From the NCBI RefSeq assembly GCF_009914755.1, contig NC_060932.1: a stretch of 64,000 bases of DNA; one strand, 5' to 3'. This DNA comes from the human T2T-CHM13v2.0 reference genome, Homo sapiens. The notes under the pieces were generated by a model. It saw only the letters and a list, made by a program, of their open reading frames with translations, was not told where the DNA came from and searched no databases. The stretch's first letter is position 1; each line of letters opens with the position of its first letter. Position numbers and translations under genes: made by a program. Shown here piece after piece: positions 25,585-38,699 of the stretch.

Positions 25585-25790
25585 CCTCTTTCTCTCTCTC
25601 TCTTTCCATATGACTCTGTACATTTCTAGTATGGTGGTCTCAGGGCTCCAACAGAGAATGCTCCAAGGAAGCGGAGTTGCCAATATTCAAGAATTGGTCT
25701 GAAAGCCAATCTAGTGCTGTGCCCACAATATTCTATTAATTAGAATGAATCACAGCTCATATCCAGATTCAGAGTGGGAGGAGTGTCATT
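25188..25790 (-). mobile_element. MaLR LTR (MLT1H/J-like) carrying an expanded CT repeat
   Basis: ATCTATTGCAATGTAACAAGCCATC...GTGGCGTAAAGCAAC...GGGCTCAGATGG...TATTCTATT...CCAGATTCA. Confidence 0.7.
25428..25605. repeat. (CT)n polypyrimidine tract with a 48-bp tandem duplication
   Basis: CTCCCCTTCTCCGTCTCTCTCCCTCCCTCCCTCT occurs twice, 48 nt apart. Confidence 0.92.
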
Positions 25791-26814
25791 GTAGTTGGCT
25801 TCTTATTGGGTTTACAACAAAAGGGGGGCAATCTGCAACTGGATGGTTACTCAATGCATAGAGCACAGGTTGGGGAAAGGACAAAGGCTGACAATAAGTG
25901 TCTGGCGAGGGTAAGTATTTCTACTTTAATCTGAAATATTACCTAAGAAATCAATAAGTTTTAGTAGCTAAATTATCAAAATCTGAAGGGATTTTATTTG
26001 AACCTTTTAATTATAAATGAAATATGCCTCTGTACAAAAGTCTGTTCACTTATGTTTAATTCCAAACCTGAAATCTAGGTTTCCAATAGTTTTTTTCCAC
26101 AGTGAATTTTTAGAAATCTAATTTTGACTGATGTATGGTGGGAGAAATAAAATATGATGCTTGATTTGAAAAGGGTTACTTGCCAAATAATCCCAAACAA
26201 AGTAAGCTAGCTAGCGTGTATTCCTGAATTATCTTTCAACCAACACTTTTTATTTATTCTCTAGGTAATTTGAGAATGTCTTAAATTTGAGAGCTGAGAA
26301 AGATCTACTCTTTGGTACAGCTATAAAAGTCAATGTTGTTTATTATGTTATGACTATATATTTATTTATAAATGGTTTGTAATGAAAATATTGGTTTAGC
26401 TCAGTAAATAGGCTACATTTCCTTGTAATGTAATGTTACCTTTGGATGCTATGTAAGGAAAGCTTCTAAAGTGGCAACCAAATAGGCATTATACACATAG
26501 GAAGGCTGAGAATTGGCTAAAATGCAGACTTATATATAGCCATCAACCTTTCTCATAGACGCAAAAATGTGCAGTTATCAAGTCAACTGTGGAGGAGGGG
26601 ATTGAGTCATCAGCAGCAGTTAAAACAATCTGTTCATTGGCAGTTGCAGCTGAGAAACTCTAATCTCCCTGCAAGCACCTCATGCCCTCTAGGTATTCAG
26701 TTTGGCACCAAGGGAGATGCTTCTGTGAGTTAACCTCATTTCTATGAAAGGAATGGCTTGTAGTGAACCTTGACTTCAGACCTGGAAGATCTCCTAAGGG
26801 ACAGCCTTCAAGTC

Positions 26815-26965
26815 CAAATTCTAATGTGTGTCAGAACATTGGGATATCTTGTTAAATTGCAGATTCCAACTTAGTAGACCCGGATTGGTACTGAGATTTG
26901 CATTTCTCATAAGATCCCAGGTAATGCTGATGTGGCCAGGCTGTAGAGCACCTGTTGAGTTGCAT
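26815..26965. mobile_element. MER5-like hAT MITE
   Basis: CTTGTTAAATTGCAGATTCC...GAGATTTGCATT...CCCAGGTAATGCTGATG. Confidence 0.75.
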
Positions 26966-27007
26966 GACTATAATTAATACCTGTTGAGTTGCATGACTAT
27001 AATTAAT
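26950..27007. repeat. Perfect 29-bp tandem duplication
   Basis: ACCTGTTGAGTTGCATGACTATAATTAAT at 26950-26978 and 26979-27007. Confidence 0.97.
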
Positions 27008-27225
27008 ATATCCCTTTATTGAACTGTTACAATTGTGATAAAACTTGAGACTGAACTGAAATAATATTTTATTATAAATGTCTTATGAGCTAAGACAGCA
27101 GTCTCATTATGGAAATTGAATAAATCATAGATAAAGTTCAATAATTCTAAAGCTAATAAGAATTTACCAATTGTTTCATAGATTAATTGAAATTAAGAAA
27201 GATGGCCCAGCTATTAAGTAACAAG

Positions 27226-27689
27226 TGTTAAAAGAAAACTTCAGACAAATTAAGTTTAATGGAGTTTAATTGAGCAAGACAAAAAAAAATTCACAGATCA
27301 GGCAGCCTCTAGAATCACAGCAGATTCAGAGAGACCCCAGGGATGCCTCATGATCAGAACAAATATATGGACAAAACAAACAAACAAACAAACAAAAACA
27401 AAGGAAGTGATGTACAGAAATCAGAAGTGAGGTGCAAAAACAACTGGATTGGTTACAGACTGAGATTGGTGTTTGCCTTATTTGAACACAGTTTGAACAC
27501 TCAGCAATAAATGAGTGGTTGAAGTATGGCTGCTGGGATTTGCCAAGATTCAGCTATTGTTACGGACACATACTCCTAAGTTAGGTTTTCAATCTTGTCT
27601 ATCTATTAAGTTAGGGTACATTTTGTTCACAAGGACTCAAATATAGAAGTGAGGAATCCTTCTCAGGCCATATTTAGTTGACTTTCACA
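27226..27689 (-). mobile_element. ERV1 solo LTR (MER57-like)
   Basis: TGTTAAAAGAAAACTTCAG...GAATCACAGCAGATTCAGAGAGAC...GGATTGGTTACAG...TCAGGCCATATTTAG...CA; 4-bp TSD CAAG; internal (AAAC)n. Confidence 0.85.
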
Positions 27690-28864
27690 CAAGTCATGAA
27701 AGTGCCATGCATTTGTTTTCTAAACTGTCACCAGTGTGGTCTAAAGTGGCTAGGTACCTTGAGAAGAAACTATCAAATTGTATGAGATAGCACTAAAGGA
27801 CTGACAATATCCATGACAATTTTCCATAGAGCTGATCAGAAAGGTAGTAACAAAAACATAGAATCATTATGAAGATATGTTTAGAACATTGACATATTTT
27901 ACCCTGATTATAAAGAACTCATCTGTGTCATTTTTATGATAAAAATCTAACCTCAAAAAATAGATATCACATACCAACTTTCTTGTTTTGGCAAACTACT
28001 CATAGAGCTCTCTGTTACAGAAGGAAATTGAGCATGAGATAGCAAGTGTCCACCTAGCCATGCATAGCTGTTAGATTATTTCTCATACATACCCTTTGTG
28101 GTGGGTTAAGCGTAACATAGCCTCAAGCTAGCTGTCACTCTGACCCCTAATTAGATAAGAAAATTGACTTGCAGAGAACTTTACGGACTAACAGGACTTT
28201 ACGTTAAGGTGTTCATAACGGGTGGTGTGTGTGTGTATGTGTGTTTATAAAAAAATTTTTTTTTTTTTAAGAAAAGACTGGAATATGAAGAAGTCAATCA
28301 CAGTAAATCAAGAGAAGAGGTGACTGGGAGACTTTTCACGACTGGCTTGAGGAAAGGGAATTTTTCCAGCAAGTTTTAGAGGAGAGTCAGTCATTTGCTT
28401 GAGTGCATGATTTTCCTAGAGAGGGGCTGAGGAAATAAACCCCTAAGCTGCCCAAGTCTATCCAGAACAATCCTCAGCTTTGGCTACTTGAAATGGATCT
28501 GGTCTTAGGACTATTATTTCAAAGTACAGGAAAGGGAACTTGCTTCCAAATAATACTTCCTCTCCTATTATGAATGCTAGCCTTTCATCTGACATTGAGA
28601 CACAAATTGCAAATGCCAACGTCCCTGATAATAGCTGTCATATTTTACTTCAGTATTTAATTTAACTTAGTATTTCCAAATTTATTGAGGAGTACAATGT
28701 GCCTGTTACTGTGCGAGGTACCACAGCCTAGGAGTAACTGAGATATGCTCTTAACCTAGAGCGTCTAAAAGCAAAGCTCAGAGAAAGGATAAAACCACTG
28801 ACACTACATTTGGAAATAGGCTATATTGATATGCAAAAGAAAAATAAAAGTAAAGCAAGTAAGG

Positions 28865-29350
28865 ATGAAATTCTCTGAGTTACACTGCTGGCCACATCCT
28901 TACTATAAGACTCAAATAAAAACCACTGGATGTTCGCAAGGAATATCTTCTAGCACAAAGAACTTTATCTGGAGGGGCTACATAGAAAACTGCATCTCAG
29001 AGTAGTCCACAGGAAAGGAAGAAAGATTTATATGCCTGGATCCCTCTCATCTTCTGCTTTACATTGGTCAGGATTTGCCCCATAGAGGCCTCGTTCTTTT
29101 AAACTTCCTAGTCATATCTTCTGATCCCTTTAGTGGCCACTCAGTAGGGTAGATCCCATGTCCCTAGTGTGATGTTTCACCTAAGTCCAAAGAAGGACAC
29201 ATGGTATGAATATATGAATAAAGTTCAACCTGAGGCTTAAGAGTGCTGGAACAAATGGCAGTGGTTCCATATGGGAGGCAGGTGGTGTCTGATTATAGAA
29301 AAATGAGGTGGTCAAAGACATCCAAGGTGGAACAATTGGCTGTATTTAAC
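28865..29350 (-). mobile_element. Old ERVL-class LTR (LTR41/LTR33-like), probable 3' LTR of the adjacent remnant
   Basis: LTR-like motifs (CATTGGTCAGGATTTGCCCCA, ...CATCCAAGGTGG...AACA end) next to the integrase-side end of the ERVL internal sequence. Confidence 0.4.
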
Positions 29351-31700
29351 AGAGTAGATGCTTTGCTGAACCACAGCTCTAGCTCTCCAATAGAGTTTGT
29401 CTGGCTGCTATACTACATTATGAGACACATTTTAAAATTTATTTATGAATTTTTTCAGAGAGAATAAAGACAACTTCATTCCTTCCAAAAAAGGAAAATT
29501 ACAAGTCCAATCAGATTCAAGACCACTTTACCACCTTCAATACCTCACCTAGTTATCATCTCCTGGAGGCCTAAGGTGATAAAATACTACAAAAAGCTCC
29601 AGTGCATGCTCATGAGTTGGTTCTAAGACTGTAGGTATTCATTAGATCCTTCCTTTACTACCTATTTCAGATTCTCCTCCCTCTCGGGGAGTGCTCTGGT
29701 GTTTAACACATCCTGAAGGCAGCTGGTTGTCCCTCAGCTGTGCATTAGCTGAACCATCAACAAACTGTTCTATTATTCTATCAGTCCAGCTGCTTCTGTG
29801 TGATTTTGTATGTGGTCGTGGGCCCTTTGTTGAATCTTGTTAATAAAAGTATACTTTACCCCAAGGCAATGTTATGTGGCAGAACACACTTATGAATAAG
29901 GCGTTTAGTAAGAAAAACCCATATATAAAGTATGGATTGAATGATCTAAAGAAAAATGGCTGCCCATTCTAAAGTCATCATATTGCCAGCTGCTCCCTTT
30001 GAGGAATGCTGTTTAAGTCTCTGCTTCTGGCCAATTGGACATTTTATAGTTCCCACAGTGGTGTAGCAGACTTAGGTGCGATAGAAACCTGGACCATCTG
30101 TTTATGCACTTATTAATGCCTTTCATAGCCATTTGAGTCTTCTCTCAAATGCATTACTTCTATGGCATAATGGATTTGCTGCTGTGCATACTCAGTGTTA
30201 GGACTTGACAGATCGAATAACACCTAGGTCATCATGGGCAGCTGAGTGTTACATAGTCATTTGATATTCCATGTCCAGGTGCTTCGATCTCTGTTAGCAC
30301 ATCAGGAGACATATTGCAAAAGAAAACTTGTTTTCTACTATAGAAAGCATGGCTCTGCTCTGAAACTACAGGTCTGCATTGTGACTTTCTTATTGGGTCT
30401 TTTTAGGGAATTCTTACAGCATTCTTATCCAGCACAGATACATTTTAAACTATCAGATATGCTAGATCATATTGCTCAAGAGGCAGAGTAGCCTTCAAAC
30501 TAGCAGCTTGCCATGTTACCCAATAACGTGGTATGGTAGTCTTCCTGAGTGCAGTATCTGTCACTTCTAAAATCTAAAAAGGCTAATCGAAGGTGATAAG
30601 AAGTACAAGGTAGAGAAATTCATTTGTCAGAGGAGATTGCTGACATGCCCCAGACCAATGGACCCTTAAAATTTTAATCAGTGTAGAATGCATGTCTTAT
30701 TAGTTCATCTAGGGTTTTCATTGGATTCAATTAGCTTGATATCTATATAGTGGGCCAACATAAGACTGAAAAATCATTTGACCATGGATGGATGTTGTGT
30801 TGTACTACTCACTAACCTCTCATTGGACAGAGATCATGAAGGGTAATATGTAATACAATGAATAAAATTTTGTTTCTCCTATGCTTTAAGATGTTATTTT
30901 TCCCTGTCCTTAGGGTGGAGTTATTTTGTTTTTGTCCACAAACTTTGGTGAGTTCTCAAGGTGAATGAGAAATATTAATAAATTCTGTAAGAATAAGTTG
31001 ATCTAGAAATTGGGACATTGTGGTTTCAGAGAAAATGTTTAAAATCCAGTGACAGAAGGTTATATATACATTCTGGTTATGATATGGCACTGAAGCTCTA
31101 TGAACCTCATACTATTTATCAGCAAAATGGAGATATATTACATTACATCCTTGGTCACAATTTAGAGTTCATGTTGATCACAGAACATGATTTGAACACT
31201 GAAGAAGTATTTGAAAATTTAAAAGCATGCTAGGCATAAAATAGTTTGTAATTTGGTGACTAAATCACCCATGCTAGATTTCCTCTCACTGGCTCCAGCT
31301 ATATCTTTGTCTCTTTGTCTAAGAACAACCCATCCCTTGTTCTATGAGGGCATTGCTTGGATGAAATGGGGCTAATGTGAGGTTATTGCTTATGTTCAGA
31401 AATGTCCATCATATGGTGGCCACATCACTTTGACTAGTCAGGTGACTCATGCTCCTAAATGGGAAAATCATTTGTGCCATTAGAATTCTGTGTAGAGGCA
31501 GAGTCCTCATACAGTTATTGACTACTCATAGGCCACAGGCAGGAAAACAGGACAACACTTAGGTGTTTAAATGTTCAGGAAAGTGTTCCCTGTCCTAGGG
31601 ACCTTTCTGCCTCGTGGAAGAAAACCAGGACCTACATAGCAGTAGTAGATCCAGAAGGAAGATGACATGCTGGAAATTAAAGTCAGTATATTTATATTTA
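29351..31700 (-). mobile_element. Degenerate ERV-L-class internal (pol) remnant
   Basis: Minus-strand translation: LAHYID-I (YIDD RT motif) ~30740-30760; IKILRVHWSGAC ~30640-30685; HIQNHTEAAGLIE (integrase, cf. HHPEAAGLIERWN) ~29775-29815; RT-then-IN order fits the minus strand; right boundary uncertain. Confidence 0.75.
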
Positions 31701-33583
31701 TAGTGCTCTTTAGCTTTTCTTTTCTACTCTTACAGTTCTTTTCTTCTCTTCCAATGATGATCTAAGAATAATAAAGAAGTCAAGTTACAAAACTGGTTTC
31801 AAAGACACAAAGTTCAATGGTAGGAAGATAAGTAAATTAGAGAACTGTGTACATCTTCCCTGCTTCCCTCCACTGAGGACAGGCTGATCTCCTAAAACTA
31901 GGTAACATTCATTCCACTAAGGAGGTAAGCGACCCTCCATGTGTTATCTGGAAGACAGTGGGCTCAGGGGTCAAGTGGAAGTTCTTTTTTTCCTTTCTGA
32001 ATAGAAACGCATCCCTCATGGCATCAACTCTTGTCTTTTACAAGAATATCTCAGAAAGGCAGTAAAGATATTTGTTTTAGGCTCTGGCCATTGACTAAAG
32101 ACATAATTACCTCACCAGATAAACCATTTATATGTCCTGGAAGCCATATAAAGGATAGCAGTCAATGAGTAATGAAAAGATGAGTTTCACTTTTTCCTCT
32201 GTGTATTTCAGTTTTGGAAAGACACCTATTGATGCAGGTCCAAGGCTGGGAAGTTCTGGTCAGAACAATCTAATGTAAAATTGTGAAATCCTGACACCAC
32301 TTCACATGACTGCTGCATTTTTGAAATCTGCAGAACATTTTTGTCATCGCATTCAAAGCTCACTACGGTTTACCATTTTCAGATGAGCATCCCCAGATTG
32401 AGGGTGGTCAATTGACTTGCCAAAGTCACATACAGATGGAGCCAGGACAAGAGCCTAAGCCTTCTGATTTTACATTCCATGGCTTTCAAATATGAATCAA
32501 CTATTTCTACAGTAGCAGCCAAGTGGAGGATAGGAGATAAGACCAAAATTTGAACAGCAACTTAGTATAAATGTTTCTCTAATTTCTTCCACAGACTCAC
32601 AAGGATTACATGCCCCAAGCAGTCTTTCCCCATTGAGTAGAAACTATGTGACATATATGAATGAAAATCACAGAGTACAAAAGATATATAACAAAAATCC
32701 AAGCGCTCACGCAGAATCCAGAACCCCCATCATAGATAATAGAAAATCTTTACTACACTAGATTACAGATATCATCTTCTCACGTCCTCTTCTGTTTCTA
32801 GTCCCCTATACATAAAACAGGAAGTTAATGGTGCTGGGAAAATGGGCTGCCTTCAGATTCCCTTTTCTATCTGGAATGAACACCGTACAAGTCTGTACTG
32901 GATGAGCTGTGTGGGATTAGGGTGGGAACTAAGAAAGGGATTCTGTCCTCATTCTGCCCCAGTAAGCTTAGCCATTGTTTATAGTCTGTTAGGGCCTCAA
33001 TACCATACTGTGTTGATGTGTTGACATACTGGATGCCTGTGAAGCATTTCCTGACACCAGAATGAAGATACTGGAGGCATAGCAGAGAAACAAGAATCTG
33101 TTCATGGATTAGGTCTGAGCCAGTGTCTGACTACTGCAGTATTTCACCAAAAGGAGCTAGATGCCATGAAAAAGAAGCTTTACGAATCTTTGGCTCTAGC
33201 TCAAAACTAAGCAGCAAGGGATGCAAATGTTTTTTGATTAGTTGGAGTAGATATTATCTTTTTCCTTGGTAGAAAAAAAGAAAAAGCAACAACATTTGTC
33301 AGATCCAACACCCACAGAGTCTCAAAGAACAATGTGCTTTTAAACAGACAATTCTGAATTACATCCTAGCTGTAATATGAACTAAAGTCAATGACACCTT
33401 GTTCTCCCTTTTTGAATTCCCTTATGTGTCTCTGGAAAGTGCGTTCATTGAGTATATCTGTCTTGTTGAGTCAAGATAAACTGTGTTTTTATTTTGATTT
33501 AGCTTTTAATAAAACCATATGTGCAACCTCCCATTGAAAGTGTAGCAGGTAATAAGTGGAAAAAGAGAAAAAACCTCTAATTT

Positions 33584-33802
33584 ATTTTTTAAATTTTACT
33601 TTTAAGTTCTGGGATACATGTGCAGAACATGCGGGTTTATTACATAGGTATACGTGTGCCATGGTGGGTTGATGCACCTATTAACTCATCATCCAGGTTT
33701 TAAGCCCTGCATGTATTAGGTATTTGTCTTAATGCTCTCCCTCCCCTTCCCCCTATCCCCCAACAGGCCCCAGTGTGTGATGTTCCCCTCCGTGTGTCCA
33801 TG
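33584..33802 (-). mobile_element. 5'-truncated L1PA8-like 3' end (219 bp) inserted in a MIR
   Basis: TTTAAGTTCTGGGATACATGTGCAG...GGTTTTAAGCCCTGCATGTATTAGG; TSD AAAACCTCTAATTT at 33570-33583 and 33803-33816. Confidence 0.93.
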
Positions 33803-33809
33803 AAAACCT

Positions 33810-34130
33810 CTAATTTTTTTAGATGAGGAATTTGAGGTCCACAGATGCAAAAAACTCTTCCCAAGGTCACCTAGACCCTTAGTCGCACAACTAGTAATGA
33901 TGGCAACACTTATAAGTTGTTTATTATGCACCAGGTACTGCAAAGCACTTTGTGCAATGTTCTTTAAAATTTTCATTATAATCCATCATCTACAAATTAA
34001 GAAAGTGAGAATTACAGAATTGAAGTGATTCGCCTAAATGATAGTAAATCACAGAGATGGGTTTCAACCTCAAGATGTGACATGAGCCAGCCATGACTGA
34101 CTCAGGTGTTATGTTCTAGGTTAGAACTCC
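33810..34130 (-). mobile_element. MIR relics (two or three pieces)
   Basis: TTTTAGATGAGGAATTTGAGG...CCCAAGGTCAC; ATGCACCAGGTACTGCAAAGCACTT. Confidence 0.65.
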
Positions 34131-34889
34131 AGAGCACCCAATTTGCTGACTGCTTTCTGAGGCAACAGAACTGGAGATCTGTGGTCCTATAACATAAAAC
34201 GTCATGGGGTGAAAGTACTAGTAATGGGAAAAAGAGGGAGGGAGGGAGAGAGAGAAAGACAGAATCTATCCCTTTGTACTGTTCTCCCCACTGCCCCAAC
34301 CCTTTCTCCCTTCATTTTTCTCCCTCTCTCCCCTGCCAGTGATCCTAAAGCCAGCTGGCTTGAATAATTATTAAGTTTTAAAAAACAACAAAAAAGCATA
34401 CTCCAGATATTGGAATTATATTTTTCAACCTGCTTCAATATTTAAGATATATCTATCTTCATTTCATTTGGAACCCTTTTCATTTCCTATATGGTTTGAG
34501 GTTATTAAGTGTCATAAAAATGTCTTACATTTTAGAGCACTTTATTGTTTTAGCTTCTAGATCATTCTTTGAAAGCACAGCCTACGTTGTGTAACTCCTC
34601 TACTAAATAAACCTTTAATACCCTTTCCTTTCCCTGTCTGATTTTGTGTGTTACTTGAAGCCTGGGTTTTAGGACTGTCCACTCTGTAAACTCATCCTCC
34701 CCATTCTGATCTGTTAGTGTCCCATGAATGGTCCAGTACAACAGCTAGGTTCTCTGAGCTTCACTTTTTAGACACATATCTCATTTGTCTCTAAGTGTTC
34801 AGATATTCTATTCTTTCCTAATATACCAATAAATATTTCTTTCCTTCCTTTCTGTTCCACCATTTCTTCCATAAAAAATCTCCACATAT

Positions 34890-35548
<659 letters not shown>

Positions 35549-35657
35549 TTATAGCTCCTATGTTCCACATCCTTTTCCTGTCTCATCTTCCTAAAACAGG
35601 ATTTGCTTTCTTCTTTCTGTAAGTTTCCATAACGCTTTTTTTTTTTTTCTGGTTAAT

Positions 35658-36103
35658 TGTTACAGGTCATGTTCCCTGAAAAGGGCACTCAGACATGGAG
35701 ATTTATATGAAAGAAGTTTAGTGGGTCATTCGCTACAGAGCAACAGGTCTGAAGAAATGAAGGAGGTAGGATTGGGCAAAACAGGAGTTTGGCTGCAATG
35801 CTGTCTCTGCAAGGGCACAGCCAACCCCATGGAGGGCTCTGGAGCTGGAATGCCCTTTTAGAATTGTCCTAAATCATTGCAAGTGGAGCTGGGCCTTTAC
35901 ATCTCTCTGTCTACCAGTCACTAGATATGAGGACCTTGGGTAAGGTGCCTGTCTCCTATTTAGTGCAGTAGCAGAGAGGAAGGATTTAGCTGGGAATTGT
36001 CAGCTGTCAACACTCCCAGTATCCGGGGGAATGAGTGCTTCTTTCCTGAAAAAGATGGGAGGTGGGAGTAGAAATGTAAGTGCCACACCACAGTATCTTC
36101 TAC
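35658..36103 (-). mobile_element. ERVL solo LTR (LTR16A-like)
   Basis: TGTTACAGGTCATGTTCCCTG...GGATTGGGCA...CAGCCAACCCCATGGAGGGCTCTGGAGCTGGAATG...CACCACAGTATCTTCTACA. Confidence 0.8.
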
Positions 36104-36249
36104 ATCAATGTACATGGAATTTGGCATACTCTGTTTTGTCAGTCCTGTTTTTATCTCCTGGCAACTGGAAATTGTGTCCTCAATATTTCTTGAATTCCTT
36201 GCAGCTGTTAGTATAGTAAAAAAGAGGTGCTCAGTAAATAAGTTGCTGA

Positions 36250-36608
<359 letters not shown>

Positions 36609-36783
36609 AGAACTTTCACTTTAAAGACATAATAACGAGACACACCAGACTCATATTATTTCTATTTTACAGAAGATAAAATTGAAGCTTAGCTTGATCA
36701 TTGCAGTTGGTCAGTGACACAATTAACTTAAAAGTTTCAATGAATTAACCTAGGCCTCAGGACTGTTAGGCTGATTGTCCTTG

Positions 36784-36785
<2 letters not shown>

Positions 36786-36815
<30 letters not shown>
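36786..36815 (+). repeat. Isolated A30 homopolymer
   Basis: 30 uninterrupted A's with no recognisable Alu or L1 body upstream. Confidence 0.95.
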
Positions 36816-36818
<3 letters not shown>

Positions 36819-38199
36819 CAACTAACCAAATACAAATAGTAGCTCCAAAAGGGCTACGGTCAGGTCAAGGGTTAATAACCGTGTTCCCTAAACCCCTTCT
36901 CAAAAATTCCTGCTTCTGGACCTCCCTGAGGTTCCTCAACTTGATAAGTTATTAGACTTCCTTTTGGCACATATTCACATGCTAAGAGCCAGAATTTTCA
37001 ACTGAGATTTAAAACAACTTTGGCCCATTGCCCAGGGCTCATGCTGTGGAGAGCTGTGGAAAGAGCAAAAGGCATCCTCCAAGAATTTTTAAAACAACCA
37101 CTACAAGGAAGATGACCTGAAGAACAATTCCTAAAATCATTTTCGGGAGACTTGCCAGAGTCATAACATCAGGTAAAGTCACAAAGAAGCCTTTTTTACA
37201 ACCACAATGTCTCCTTCCCTCTCTCTTCCCTGTTCCCTGTCCTATCCTCTGCTCCATGACAACATTCTTAACCCCTGCCCTAAATCATAGCTTAAGCAGC
37301 GAAGGCCCCCTGTAATGCAGCCTATTTCTAGAAAAACACTGGCAAGCTCCTGCTGCATGGCTTGAGCCATGCACATGATTCTGTTTATGTGACACAGATT
37401 TGGCCTGTTACTTAGCAGGCTTTCTCACTAGCTGTCATGCCTGAGGACCCCAGATGATTGGGGCAGAGAGCAGGCCTGGTTCTACTACCTACAAAATTGA
37501 GTTCTCTTGGATTCTTGATGTGCAGGAGGAGACACCCAGGTAGAAATCACATACTGTGTAATTACTTATGCCCTGGCCTTATTTAGTGATTGTTAGAGAA
37601 GACCTATTCTTCTGTTCAATGCCAGGTCAATTATCCTTAAATGTGGCTGTTGCTGTGTCATGCCCCTGTTCAAAAGCCACCAGTCACTCTTGATCATCAC
37701 TATAACATTAAATCCTTAGCCTGGACTTCCTGACCCTCCGCAAACTAATTGCAAGCTGTTATTCAAGTTCTATTGCCTACTTCTTCTGGGCATGAGCCCT
37801 ACATTCCAACAAAAATTGTCCTATGTATTCTTATATTAGAAATACTTTCCAATTTTGTCAATTTAGAAAGCCCGCTTCCTTCTCAACACTCTGATCACTG
37901 ACATGCAGTTTATGATTTCCCCAAACCCTGAAATTATGATTAGAGAAACTATTATTAAAGTCAGTATTCTGCCACTAGAAATTATCTAGTAGGTTTCTAA
38001 CTCTTGATGCTTAAGTTATTGATATGTTTAAGTGACAATAAATTCAAATGCTGGACTGAAGATACCACATCTAAGTTTTCACATACATCATATTCATACT
38101 TTGCATTTTAACATAAAGGACACACACCAGCAACACTTAGATTTTCATACTTGCACAGTTTTTTGAGCTTTTTTTTCTTTTCTGCTGAAATTTTATCTC

Positions 38200-38510
<311 letters not shown>

Positions 38511-38699
38511 TTGAAATTATATTTCTTATCTATACTGACTGAAATTTTACTGAAACTTCTAAGCCAAACTCAGATGCCACCTCTCTCTTGAAGACTTTTG
38601 CTGGTCTGCTTTGTCATCCTTACGTGGTTCATAGCACTCTGCCTTCTGTTACTATTAATATTTTTGTTCATTTCTTACCCAGTCTCATTTAACACATTT

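Noticed and set aside
25115-25683. Glu/Arg-rich 164-aa and 106-aa ORFs
   Set aside because: Translation of the (GA)n strand of a microsatellite inside an MLT1 LTR.
26603-26609. AP-1 sites TGA(G/C)TCA (also ~17294, 25355, 31443, 34097, 42791)
   Set aside because: The count is about what chance gives in 64 kb and they are not clustered.
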